From: Armatimonadota bacterium
GTDB lineage: Bacteria > Armatimonadota > Chthonomonadetes > Chthonomonadales > JAMCWF01
Reading direction: 5' to 3'
Assembly (NCBI GenBank): GCA_023481295.1
Contig: JAMCWF010000014.1
Coordinates: 1 to 49,373 of the forward strand
Length of the DNA: 49,373 nucleotides
Part shown: in pieces, positions 1-9,186 of the stretch
Position numbering within the stretch: position 1 is the stretch's first letter
Layout: each line of letters opens with the position of its first letter
The notes under the pieces: model-generated
The model's database searches: none
The model's input: only the letters and a program-made list of their open reading frames with translations
What the model was told of the DNA's origin: nothing
Translations under genes and position numbers: made by a program

Positions 1-9
1 CTTCTCCTT

Positions 10-1803
10 TCAGCCTTGACGGCACGGGTCCGCCACCATCTCCCGCGACTTCGGGGTGAGAGGGGTGGCGAAAAGCTCTGGGTGGAGATCGCCCACCGTG
101 CGCTTGAGCCAGACGTAAAAGAAATCCGAAAGGTCCGAATAGGCTACATTATCGTAATAGGGCGGGTCGGTGAGGATGGCGTCGAAGTGATCGTCGGGGA
201 AGGGAGGCTCCGTCGCCGAGCCGTGATGAACCCTGGAAGTGGTACGGGATATAGGGATATTGTATAGATATTGAAGAACTTCTATCAGGCTATCAATATC
301 CCATGAGCCACGTGATTCACTAAATGGATTAACTTCCCCATAATCCCACACCATGGGAATTGCTTGGCGATCAAAAATGCGTTCGAATGAGATTACATCA
401 GGTCTCCATCTTGTTATTGAGCATGTGTAAGTTGCTAGTTTGTCATAATCCAAAGCCAAATACGTCGCGACGGCTTTGGCGAACTCCGGCTCGCACCCCT
501 CCGCGATCATCCGCGCGTGCGCAAACCGAACCTTCTCCGCGAAGGTGATCAGCGACAGCTTTTGACGGGCATTGAAAAGATCCCCCCAATTTAAATATCC
601 ATATAGTGGAAGGCGACATGTATCAAATTTATCACGTCCTCCAAGTGGCAAAGGTTCATCCGGCACCGGATCCATGCCCCACTCCGTCCGCAGCCGCTCC
701 CGCTTCGCCTCCAGCGCCCCCTCCGCCGCGCGGAACGTTTCCATATCCCGCTTCGTCGCCAGGCGGTAGCTCTTGCCGCTCCCCCTCGACTTCTCGAGGG
801 GGACGGGGTGATGCAGCACCACCGCCACCATCCGCTGCCCGGATTTTCCCTCACGGAAGAGGCTGCGCACCGTCTTGTCGTCCGTCACCCCCCCGCAGAC
901 CGGGCAGCGAGCGTGCGCCCGAGCCACCGTCCCCTCCTCCGGGTCGAAGTCAATGTCCCCACCTTCGTGGGGATGCCCCCTGCACAATCCTTGGGGGTGA
1001 CGGCCGCCGTCCTGGCCGACGATCTCGAAATCCACTAATCGCCGCGCCCTATCCGGCACGACGCGCAGCGCCACCCGCTTTCCCTCCTTCTTCGCCAGCC
1101 ACCAGTTGGCGGTGAGGGTAATCTCCGCGCCGCAGGAGGGGTTTTGACAAGGAATGGTGCGCATCCAGTAATAGCCCACCGGAACCGAGCCATCCGGGTC
1201 GGCGGGATAGAACGGCTCCAGATCCCGCCGCGCCTCCTCCAAAACCCACTCCCCCCAGCGCCGCACAGCATCCAGTAGGGGGTTGTCCGTTGGGCCTTCA
1301 AATAACAGATTTGAGTTTTCAGCATCCCCGGGGCTAGTGGGGCGGATGGGGTTCCCGAACTTTTGCGGGTACTCCAGGACGCACTTGTTGAGAAGCACCG
1401 CCACCGGGTTCACGTCCATCGCGTGGGTCTCGCAGCCCAGCCGCAGCGCCTCCAGCGGGATGGAGCCGCCGCCCGCAAAGGGGTCGAGCACGCGGGGAGG
1501 AACGCCGCCGAAGGATTGGAGGATGAGATCGCGCGCCTTTTGAACGAGGGATTCACCCTCCGGCGAGCCGTTCACCGTCTCCCACGGGGATATCTCTCTG
1601 ACGAGGCGCAGGAACTCCTCGCGGCGGTTGGGGTCGTCCGGCAGGAGCGCCGCCAGCGCCATGGCGCGCGAGGCGGCGAGGGGTTTGCGCGCCCACCAGA
1701 TGTGCAGGGTGGAGATGTGGCCGTGGCGGATGTTCTTCTCCCGCACCGATTCCTCGGAGACGTCGCGGAGGGGGAAGTCGGTTTCAATCAGGCGTGCGGT
1801 CAT
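10..1803 (-). CDS. DUF1156/COG1743-type Zn-ribbon N6-adenine DNA methyltransferase (anti-phage-associated family); possibly 3'-truncated or split at an in-frame TGA
   Basis: 597-aa ORF. N-terminal DUF1156-like signature (FPLRDVSEES...HIWWARKPL). SAM-binding DPFAGGGSIPLEA. Cys4 ribbon (CQNPSCG...CPVCGG). Catalytic DPPYYD about 50 codons before the stop. The stop TGA is followed by AAGGAGAAG at the window edge. Confidence 0.8.
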   Translation of the reverse strand: MTARLIETDFPLRDVSEESVREKNIRHGHISTLHIWWARKPLAASRAMALAALLPDDPNRREEFLRLVREISPWETVNGSPEGESLVQKARDLILQSFGGVPPRVLDPFAGGGSIPLEALRLGCETHAMDVNPVAVLLNKCVLEYPQKFGNPIRPTSPGDAENSNLLFEGPTDNPLLDAVRRWGEWVLEEARRDLEPFYPADPDGSVPVGYYWMRTIPCQNPSCGAEITLTANWWLAKKEGKRVALRVVPDRARRLVDFEIVGQDGGRHPQGLCRGHPHEGGDIDFDPEEGTVARAHARCPVCGGVTDDKTVRSLFREGKSGQRMVAVVLHHPVPLEKSRGSGKSYRLATKRDMETFRAAEGALEAKRERLRTEWGMDPVPDEPLPLGGRDKFDTCRLPLYGYLNWGDLFNARQKLSLITFAEKVRFAHARMIAEGCEPEFAKAVATYLALDYDKLATYTCSITRWRPDVISFERIFDRQAIPMVWDYGEVNPFSESRGSWDIDSLIEVLQYLYNIPISRTTSRVHHGSATEPPFPDDHFDAILTDPPYYDNVAYSDLSDFFYVWLKRTVGDLHPELFATPLTPKSREMVADPCRQG

Positions 1804-1909
1804 GCGTTCTGTCCTTCTTTTCTAGGAGGCAATATCATCTATGCAGCGGCCAGCCATTATTAAAGTTATACCACCTTAACCGCTGGGAAGCACAATGCGG
1901 CGGCAAAGT

Positions 1910-2413
1910 CCCTTCCCCCTCAAAGGGGGAGGGAGATCAGATTGTCCGCGCGCGAGTTCCTTCCCCCTCCTAGGGGGAAGGCTAGGATGGGGGTGATGCT
2001 CCCGTCACCGAACAAATTCCCGCAAAACTGAACGGTTACAGAACACAGCCTTACGGTATCATTCTCGATTACACCGTCCACCCCCACCCTGACCCTCCCC
2101 CTGAAAGGGGGAGGGAGATCAGATTGTCCGCGCGCGAGTTCCTTCCCCCTTTGAGGGGGAAGGCTAGGATGGGGGTCGCGCTACCGCTAAGAAACCAACC
2201 GCATCACTAAGATCATGCATTTAAGGACGAAATCCAGCGCACTCCAAAAATTCCCGCAAAACTGAACGGTTACAGAACACAGCCTTACGGTATCATTCTC
2301 GATTACACCGTCCACCCCCACCCTGTCCCTCCCCCTCAAAGGGGGAGGGAGAATAGATTATCCGCGTGCGAGTTCCTTCCCATTCCAGGGGAAGAAGTTC
2401 AGATTTTCCGCGG
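1910..2413. repeat. Tandem/nested array of about 3 copies of MITE family A (GC-rich palindromic modules)
   Basis: Repeated unit carries hairpins CCCTCCCCCT-N3-AGGGGGAGGG and CCTTCCCCCT-N3-AGGGGGAAGG followed by CTAGGATGGGGG. Right-TIR-like ATTCCCGCAAAACTGAAC occurs at 2016-2033 and 2250-2267. Copies are joined at TA. Confidence 0.8.
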
Positions 2414-2457
2414 CAGCCGGCGGACGCAGGATGTGAGGATAGGCGAGGGTAAAATCG

Positions 2458-5400
2458 CTATCCTTCCTTCCAATTCTTCACCACATAGCGCGCGATAGCG
2501 TTCACCTCCTCGGGATGGAGTTTTGCCGCCGGATTTTGTATCGTGTTCAGTTCGGGCTCCGCTGCGGCGTTTTCCACGACGTAGAGCCAGTAGCCATCGC
2601 CGAGGCGTTGCGCCATCATCCATTCGTTCGGCGTGATGGCGATGGAACCCGTTCCTGCGCGCGCCTTCACCTCGATGTACCGGATGGTGTCGTCCTCCGC
2701 AACGGATCGGATATCATAACCGAGGTTTTGAAGCGACACATCCTCCGGCTCGCGTCCTTCCTCCCGCTCACGCTCGATCGCCATCCTCATGCCGACGGCT
2801 TCGATCTCCTTGTCGGAGCGCATCGTGACATTGTGCGGGAGCGTTTGGGGGATGACCCGAACGACGCCATGGATTTTCGGGGAGGAGTGCGAGAGGCTGA
2901 TTTCCTGCCTTATCTCCCGTTCGAGGTTTTGCTTTCGATTCGAATCATCCTCCTTTCTCCTCTCCTCATTGGTAATATCTACGTCGGGTATCGTCTCCCC
3001 TTTCGCCTTCCTGGTCGCGTATTCGGTGATCTTCGCATCCGATTCCAGGATTTTGCGTTCAAGCGAACGGACGCCGTACTTTTCTTTGATCTTCGCGTCA
3101 TGAAGTCTGAGTTGGAGAATCTCCTCCAGATAGGGGTCCAGGATCGTCTCCACGGCGAACTCTAGAATTCTATTCTCATCAGGGCATGACTCCGCCGCCC
3201 CATCCCCACCCGCCGACTTCAAATCCCAGAGCACGGAGCTGTTCACCACTCTTGGCGTATCGGCGTCCTTGGGCTGATAGATCGCGAAGAGACGCTTGCC
3301 CGCGATTTGGTTGGCGCCGTCCCGCAGCTCCCCTTCCAAAAACCAAAGCCATCCATCCAGCCGCCCGTCCGGATCGTAAAAAACGGCGCCGCGCTTCAAA
3401 TCCTCTCCGCATGTCGCGAATATCCGCTCGATGATGCTTTCCAGCAGCGGATGCCCCGGCGCGACAAATACCGCCCCTTCACGTCGAGCGACCTCCTTGT
3501 CAAAAGCAAGTTTGCTGTACTCGCGGAAGACCTCGCCGTATTGATTTTTGAATGACTGGGAGACAGTGCGCAGCTCATAGGGGGTGTTTGTCAAACGCCA
3601 AAGCCCGTCCCGCCTCTTCTCCAACGGTAGGTTCAAATATTCGCAACAACGCTCGAAAAACCGTTCGATGTATTCCGGCACCAGCCTCTGCTCCCGTGCG
3701 CGGGCATCCTCGCCTAAAATGCGCTGGAGATCAATATGGCGGGTCGCTAACCCCTCCATGGCGGCTTGGCGGGCCATGCTTACCGCCTTCGTATCCGGAA
3801 TGGCCTTGATTTCGGCGACGATATCATCCAGGCTGCGGCGCATTGAGATGGCTTCCACAATCAGATCCTTTAGGGATCGCCCGGAGATCACCTCGCCGAT
3901 GATATCAAATACCCGGTCGCTCCCAAGCGCCTTCTGAATGCTTTCCAGTTTCTCGAAGATGGTTAGCAGAACGGCGCCCTCGCGCGTATCGCTCGCCACC
4001 AGGTTGTAGATATGGACCTCTTTTTGCTGGCCGTAGCGGTGGATACGCCCCATGCGCTGCTCGAGGCGGTTGGGGTTCCAGGGAATGTCGTAGTTGACCA
4101 TCAGGGAGCAGAATTGGAGGTTGATTCCCTCTCCGCCCGCCTCGGTGGAGACCATCACCTGCGCATGCTCTCGAAACTCGTGTTCGGACTGAATGCGCGC
4201 ATCCAAACCCATCCCGCCGTGCAATTTGACCACCGAGTAGCCCCAACCGCGTAGTTTTTCATCCAGATACTCCAAGGTTTCGCGGGATTCAGTGAAGATG
4301 AGAAGCTTATCGTCGGGCTGATGCAGATTGATCGTCTCCATGACTTGGCGAAGTTCGCCGAGCTTGGTTTCAATTTCGTTTCGCTCCGCCTCTTTCGCCA
4401 GACGAATCAAATCAGCGATGATCTGGATTTCCTCCTGCAACTCCTCCTTGGTCTCCGAGGCGGTTAATTTCTCCAGAAGCTCCTCCTCCTTTTTCAGACG
4501 TTCCGCTTCCGGGGCGTCCTCCAGGGCGTCCTCATCCAGCTCTGCTCCCTGCGAGAGCCGTTGTCCAAGGGATAAGAGGCTTTCCAAGCGGGATTTACGA
4601 CGTTCGAGGGATCGGAGCACCGCGCGCACGCTGGAGGCCATGCGTCTCTGGAGAATCAGCAGCGCGAAAGCGACATTTCTTTTCTCGCTCTCCAGCGCCT
4701 TGTTGTAGGAATCCCGCACATATTCCGTCACCTCGTTGTACAGCCGCATCTCTTGATCGTTCAGGCGGTAAGTGCGGGTGTTCACGTGGCGCGGGGGGAA
4801 GATCGGATGTTGATCGAAATCCTTCAAATCCTCCTTGAGCCGGCGCAAAAAGAGGGGGTTGTCCTGTTGTCGAACCGATTCGAGGAGCAGGTCGTTGTCG
4901 GCGAACATGCCCGGCTCGAGCAGATCGAGAAAGAGGCGGAAGTTGTCCGTATCCCCACGATGGGGGGTCGCGGTAAGAAACAACAGATAGTTGCTGATGC
5001 GTGAGATCAATTCGCCGAATCGGTACCGTTCGGTCTTGTTGGTCTTGTCGCCATATTTATATGCAGCCATCTTATGCGCCTCGTCCACGATGACCAGATC
5101 CCATTGCGTCTCCGCCAAGGTCGCCTGGACATCATCCTGTTTAGCGAAATCCATGGAGGTGATGACATGAGCTTGCTCCTGCCAGACGTTCCTCCCCCAT
5201 GTTGCGTTCATGACGCTACGATCCACCACGGTGAAGGTTTCGGAGAACCGCTCCTTCATCTCCCGGAGCCATTGATCCTTCAAATGCCCGGGAACGACAA
5301 TCAGAGCACGTTGAACCAGCCCTCGGTATTTAAGCTCTTTCAGCAGCAAACCGGTCATAATGGTCTTGCCCGCTCCGGGATCGTCGGCAAGCAAAAATCG

Positions 5401-5757
5401 GATATGGGGATTGCGCAGGAGATAGTGATACACCGCCTCGATCTGGTGAGGCAACGGGTCCACCTGGGAGACGTTCACGGCGAACAAGGGGTCGAATTGA
5501 TGGGCGAACCGCACGCGATGGGCTTCCGTGGCGAGGGAAAAACCATTTGCATTGCCGGAGAAATCGCGACCATCCTCTTGTGCAATTTGAATTATCGCCA
5601 AGTCCGATTCGGAAAATATTTTTGAATAGAACTGATCGTTTTGGACACCTACCGCCTCAATTTTAAGACGGTTTCCCATTGGCGTCACCGTCAGCACCCG
5701 CACCGGCTCCGCCCAGAAATTGCCTTTCAAGATGTCGTTGGGCTTTGGGATATTCAT
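2458..5757 (-). CDS. SNF2-family helicase fused to a C-terminal DUF3883 (D...EVK restriction-endonuclease-like) domain
   Basis: 1099-aa ORF. Motif I DDPGAGKT, motif II VDEAHK, motif III LTATPH, helicase-C TEAGGEGINLQ and QRMGRIHRYGQ. C-terminus GYDIRS...RYIEVKA...TPNEW...YWLYVVEN. SD AAGGAGA lies 6 nt before the ATG. Confidence 0.85.
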   Translation of the reverse strand: MNIPKPNDILKGNFWAEPVRVLTVTPMGNRLKIEAVGVQNDQFYSKIFSESDLAIIQIAQEDGRDFSGNANGFSLATEAHRVRFAHQFDPLFAVNVSQVDPLPHQIEAVYHYLLRNPHIRFLLADDPGAGKTIMTGLLLKELKYRGLVQRALIVVPGHLKDQWLREMKERFSETFTVVDRSVMNATWGRNVWQEQAHVITSMDFAKQDDVQATLAETQWDLVIVDEAHKMAAYKYGDKTNKTERYRFGELISRISNYLLFLTATPHRGDTDNFRLFLDLLEPGMFADNDLLLESVRQQDNPLFLRRLKEDLKDFDQHPIFPPRHVNTRTYRLNDQEMRLYNEVTEYVRDSYNKALESEKRNVAFALLILQRRMASSVRAVLRSLERRKSRLESLLSLGQRLSQGAELDEDALEDAPEAERLKKEEELLEKLTASETKEELQEEIQIIADLIRLAKEAERNEIETKLGELRQVMETINLHQPDDKLLIFTESRETLEYLDEKLRGWGYSVVKLHGGMGLDARIQSEHEFREHAQVMVSTEAGGEGINLQFCSLMVNYDIPWNPNRLEQRMGRIHRYGQQKEVHIYNLVASDTREGAVLLTIFEKLESIQKALGSDRVFDIIGEVISGRSLKDLIVEAISMRRSLDDIVAEIKAIPDTKAVSMARQAAMEGLATRHIDLQRILGEDARAREQRLVPEYIERFFERCCEYLNLPLEKRRDGLWRLTNTPYELRTVSQSFKNQYGEVFREYSKLAFDKEVARREGAVFVAPGHPLLESIIERIFATCGEDLKRGAVFYDPDGRLDGWLWFLEGELRDGANQIAGKRLFAIYQPKDADTPRVVNSSVLWDLKSAGGDGAAESCPDENRILEFAVETILDPYLEEILQLRLHDAKIKEKYGVRSLERKILESDAKITEYATRKAKGETIPDVDITNEERRKEDDSNRKQNLEREIRQEISLSHSSPKIHGVVRVIPQTLPHNVTMRSDKEIEAVGMRMAIEREREEGREPEDVSLQNLGYDIRSVAEDDTIRYIEVKARAGTGSIAITPNEWMMAQRLGDGYWLYVVENAAAEPELNTIQNPAAKLHPEEVNAIARYVVKNWKEG

Positions 5758-6315
5758 TCTGTTCTCCTTTCAGTCATCCCCATTTGGGCAAATGCGAAAT
5801 TTTCTTTGATGGAGCCATTGATCCGAATAAGGCGTCAAAAGGCGCTCTACGGGAAGACCTATTTATCCGACCTTGTTTTGTTGATACGGAACGCTCTTTG
5901 TGTTCGCCGGAACCGCGCAGTCAGTGACGGTAGGTAGCTTCCTATTTATCCAGGATGAAGGGCTTATCCTTCTCGACATTCAGCCCTATCGGCATTACGC
6001 CGGAAGTTGGAGCCTACCACATCACCACCCGAATAATCCACTTACCCTACCTCCAAATGACCGTGCGTACCGTGCATTACCCCATAGGGTATGCCAACGA
6101 ATAGATAGACTAACATCTACCATACGTTTACCCGCCCCGCAAGTGAGGGAAGCCCGCATTGACGCCGGTCCACCCTGCGAGAACTCGCCCGAATCTCCAA
6201 TTGTCATCGTCAATCAACGAATCAAGGCAGGAACAGGGCGCAACGATGTCGAAATTTGTAATCGGTAAACAAGGTTGCGTAACGCTGATGAAAGCGGAGA
6301 TTTGGTCATCAATCA

Positions 6316-7572
6316 ATGAATCGAAGGGATTTTTTGAAGGACACCGCGCTGGCCACTCTGATGGTGATGATGGGCGCGGAAGAGATCAAAGCCGATCAAA
6401 CGACCGGCGCCGTCGCTCCTCAACCGTCCGGCCCACCTGTCACCTGCGGCATCATCGGGTGCGGCGAGCAGGGCCGCAAGATTTTGTCGATCTTATCCCG
6501 GCTCCCGGCCGCCGAGGTGGCCGCTGTTTGCGATATCTATGCCCCGTTCGTCAAGCGCGGGCAAGAGATCGCGCCAAAGGCGGCCGGAATATCGGATTAC
6601 CGCCAGCTTTTGGATCAGAAGGAGGTGGAGGTGGTCTTCATTGAAACGCCCACCTTCGCCCACAAGGACATCACGCTGGCCGCTATCCAAGCGGGGAAGC
6701 ACATCTATTGCGATGCGCCGCTTGCCGGCTCGATGGAGGATGCCAAAGCGATCGCCTTAGCCGGCCAATCCTCCAAACAAATCTTTCAAACCGGTCTGCA
6801 AAATCGGTCCAACCCTCAACATCTGCACGTGGTGAAATTTATACGAACCGGCGTTCTCGGCACCATCGCCGAAACACGCGCCCAGTGGCATAATCGGGAT
6901 AGCTGGCGCCGGGCCGCTCCGACCACCGAGCGTGAAAAGGAGCTAAACTGGCGGCTTTATCAGGCCACCTCAACCGGGCTGCTCGGAGAAGTCGGCATTC
7001 ATCAGGTTGACGTGGCGAGTTGGTTCCTCAACTCGTTGCCGATCTCGGCCCGTGCCTACGGCGGGATCATGGGCTGGAAGGATGACCGCAACGTTTTCGA
7101 CACCGTTCAATGTATGATCGAGTATCCCAACAACACCCATCTAATTTACGATGCCACGCTGGTCAGCTCTTACGACGCCGTTTACGACCTTTTCCTCGGG
7201 TCTGCCAGCACCGTGATGATGCGGGGAGAACGCGCCTGGATGTTTAAAGAGGCGGATGCTCCGATGTTGGGCTGGGAGGTCTACGCGAAAAAAGACCGGT
7301 TCGGCGATGAGACCGGCATTGAGCTGGTTGCCGACGCGACCAAGCTGCTGGCTCAGGGTAAAGAGCCGAGCTCTGAATCGCAGGCGGCAACCGGTAAAGG
7401 CCCGTTATACTACGCGGTGGAGGCTTTCCTGAACAGCGTGCACGCCAACTCGAAACCGCTGGCTGGAGCCATTGAAGGTTATCAGGCCACCGTCGCCGCC
7501 ATCAAAGCCAACGATGCGGCAACCAGCGGCGCCAAAATTGTATACCAGCCGGAATGGTTTCAGTTGAGTTGA
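6316..7572 (+). CDS. Gfo/Idh/MocA-family oxidoreductase with twin-arginine (Tat) signal
   Basis: 418 aa. N-terminal MNRRDFLKDTALATL Tat motif. Rossmann GIIGCGEQG. Family-typical EKP-like core. Confidence 0.8.
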   Translation: MNRRDFLKDTALATLMVMMGAEEIKADQTTGAVAPQPSGPPVTCGIIGCGEQGRKILSILSRLPAAEVAAVCDIYAPFVKRGQEIAPKAAGISDYRQLLDQKEVEVVFIETPTFAHKDITLAAIQAGKHIYCDAPLAGSMEDAKAIALAGQSSKQIFQTGLQNRSNPQHLHVVKFIRTGVLGTIAETRAQWHNRDSWRRAAPTTEREKELNWRLYQATSTGLLGEVGIHQVDVASWFLNSLPISARAYGGIMGWKDDRNVFDTVQCMIEYPNNTHLIYDATLVSSYDAVYDLFLGSASTVMMRGERAWMFKEADAPMLGWEVYAKKDRFGDETGIELVADATKLLAQGKEPSSESQAATGKGPLYYAVEAFLNSVHANSKPLAGAIEGYQATVAAIKANDAATSGAKIVYQPEWFQLS

Positions 7573-7721
7573 GCTTGATGAAACGGTGATGCCGGCCTTA
7601 CGGAATTTCGTGATGCCTTATTGCGGGAAAACGATTGGGCGGGATGTGGGGGGAAGAGATGGCCCGCCTAATCATCAACCATCGAATGCAAGATAAATCG
7701 GAAAAGGAGCAATTTAGGTCA

Positions 7722-9071
7722 ATGGGTCAAAAAGAACCAAACAAAAAGCCGACTCGGCGTGAGTTCTTAAAGACTGCGTCGGTTATCGCCGGGAGCGCCG
7801 CTGTCACTGCAGTGGCGAAAAGCTCAGTTTATGCGCTGACGCCGAGCCGGGTAATTGGCGCCAATGACCGGATCAACATCGGTCATATCGGCGTCGGTGG
7901 ACAGGGGATGACCCACGTTACGCTGCTGAAACAGAATGCGGCCGCCAACAACACCCAGTCCATCGCAATCTCCGACATTTATGAGCCAAGAAAGCAGGCG
8001 GCCAAAGAGTTTCTCGGCCTCGACGATGCACATGTCTATCAGGATTACCAGCAGTTGCTTGAAAACCAGGATGTGGATGTAGTTTGGATCGCCACACCGG
8101 AACACTGGCATTACCGAATGGCAATGGATGCCATCCGAGCGGGTAAGGATGTCTATCTCGAAAAGCCGATGACCCGCTACTTGGACGAGGCGCTCAGCTT
8201 GTGGCGAACGGTCAAAGGCAGCGACCGGGTTTTCCAGCTCGGAGTGCAGGCTTGCACCGATCAACGGTGGCACGTGGCCGGGGATGCAGTAAAAGCCAAC
8301 CGCATCGGCAAGATAATTTGGAGCCAGGGCAGCTACTGTCGAAACAGCAAGGAGGGTGAATGGAACTACTACACGATCGAGCCGCAATGCACCCCGCAAA
8401 CGTTGGATTGGAAGCGCTGGCTCGGTCCGGCTCCTTGGCACGATTTCAGCCGGGAGCGCTATTTCCGGTGGCGGAAATTTTGGGACTATTCGGCCGGCAT
8501 CGATTCGGACCTTTTCCCGCATCGAGTCACACCGCTGATGATCGGGATCGGCGGCGCAGAGTTTCCGGAGCGAGTGGTGGCGGTCGGCGGAAAATGGCTG
8601 AGTGAAACCGACCGGCAGGTGCCCGATACCTTTCACCTGATGGCCGATTTCCCCAGCAAACAGACCATTGTAGTCGTCGGTTCCACCGCCAACGAGCAGG
8701 GCTTGCCGGATGAGATTCGCGGTCACCACGCCACGCTCTACCTTGGCGGCAACAGTATCGACCTAAGGCCGGAGCGAGATTGGTCGGATCAGATTGATGC
8801 GGTCACCTTACCGGTTACCGGGCCGGGTGAAGATATTGCCGCCCATGAGAAGAACTTCCTGGATTGCGTGCGCAGCCGGGGCGTCCCAAACTGCAACGTT
8901 GACCTTGCGGTGCGCGCACATACGGTAATTGCGTTGGCCGAGATGTCGTACCGGCAGAGCAAGGCGATGCTGTTTGATCCGGTTCGCGTTCATCTCATTC
9001 AAGGCGGTGGAACCGACGACAAAGGTCAAGTGATGCCCTGGCACCCCTTAAAGGAGATAGTGAAGTCGTAG
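7722..9071 (+). CDS. Gfo/Idh/MocA-family oxidoreductase with Tat signal
   Basis: ORF opens at 7635, but the ATG at 7722 is preceded by AAGGAG (7704-7709). TRREFLKTASVIAGSAAV Tat motif. GHIGVGGQG Rossmann. YLEKPM motif. Confidence 0.8.
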   Translation: MGQKEPNKKPTRREFLKTASVIAGSAAVTAVAKSSVYALTPSRVIGANDRINIGHIGVGGQGMTHVTLLKQNAAANNTQSIAISDIYEPRKQAAKEFLGLDDAHVYQDYQQLLENQDVDVVWIATPEHWHYRMAMDAIRAGKDVYLEKPMTRYLDEALSLWRTVKGSDRVFQLGVQACTDQRWHVAGDAVKANRIGKIIWSQGSYCRNSKEGEWNYYTIEPQCTPQTLDWKRWLGPAPWHDFSRERYFRWRKFWDYSAGIDSDLFPHRVTPLMIGIGGAEFPERVVAVGGKWLSETDRQVPDTFHLMADFPSKQTIVVVGSTANEQGLPDEIRGHHATLYLGGNSIDLRPERDWSDQIDAVTLPVTGPGEDIAAHEKNFLDCVRSRGVPNCNVDLAVRAHTVIALAEMSYRQSKAMLFDPVRVHLIQGGGTDDKGQVMPWHPLKEIVKS

Positions 9072-9186
9072 CTGCAGAATGGCGCTACCGATAATGCATC
9101 GTCTCTCCAATGATTCATTTCGGAGCAATGTTTAGGCTGTCGCTTCACTACTCATTGAAACGGCGGCCACAATTCTAACCCATAAT

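Noticed and set aside
606-1115. 169-aa Pro/Ala/Ser-rich plus-strand ORF and other ORFs overlapping the methyltransferase gene
   Set aside because: Antisense shadow ORFs of a very GC-rich gene. Low-complexity composition, no start context.
1910-2413. Regularly repeated palindromic units that could be mistaken for a CRISPR array
   Set aside because: The inter-repeat segments are themselves conserved between units. The units are 110-230 bp long and match dispersed TIR-bounded elements elsewhere in the window. No cas genes are present.
6284-6300. CUGAUGA...GAAA-like string (GCTGATGAAAGCGGAG) resembling a hammerhead ribozyme core
   Set aside because: No room for stem II between CUGAUGA and GAAA, and no flanking complementary stems I/III.
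5758-6315. Possible decayed gene upstream of the helicase. The junction CTGAAAGGAGAA resembles the MTase stop/SD junction at position 1-13.
   Set aside because: My manual translation of the minus strand did not give a consistent open frame, and the ORF track shows none of 60 aa or more ending at the helicase SD. No motif recognised.
6209-6328. TCAATCAACGAATCAAGG (6209) repeated as TCAATCAATGAATCGAAGG at the oxidoreductase start (6309)
   Set aside because: Only about 18 nt, with nothing extended on either side. Possibly a tiny duplication, but it cannot be distinguished from chance without statistics.
7824-8729. 301-aa minus-strand ORF inside the second oxidoreductase gene. Similar long antisense ORFs lie at 16661-17293, 20773-21336 and 25483-26175.
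   Set aside because: They fully overlap well-supported genes on the other strand. Composition is Arg/Pro/Gly-rich and typical of GC-driven open frames. No recognisable motifs.
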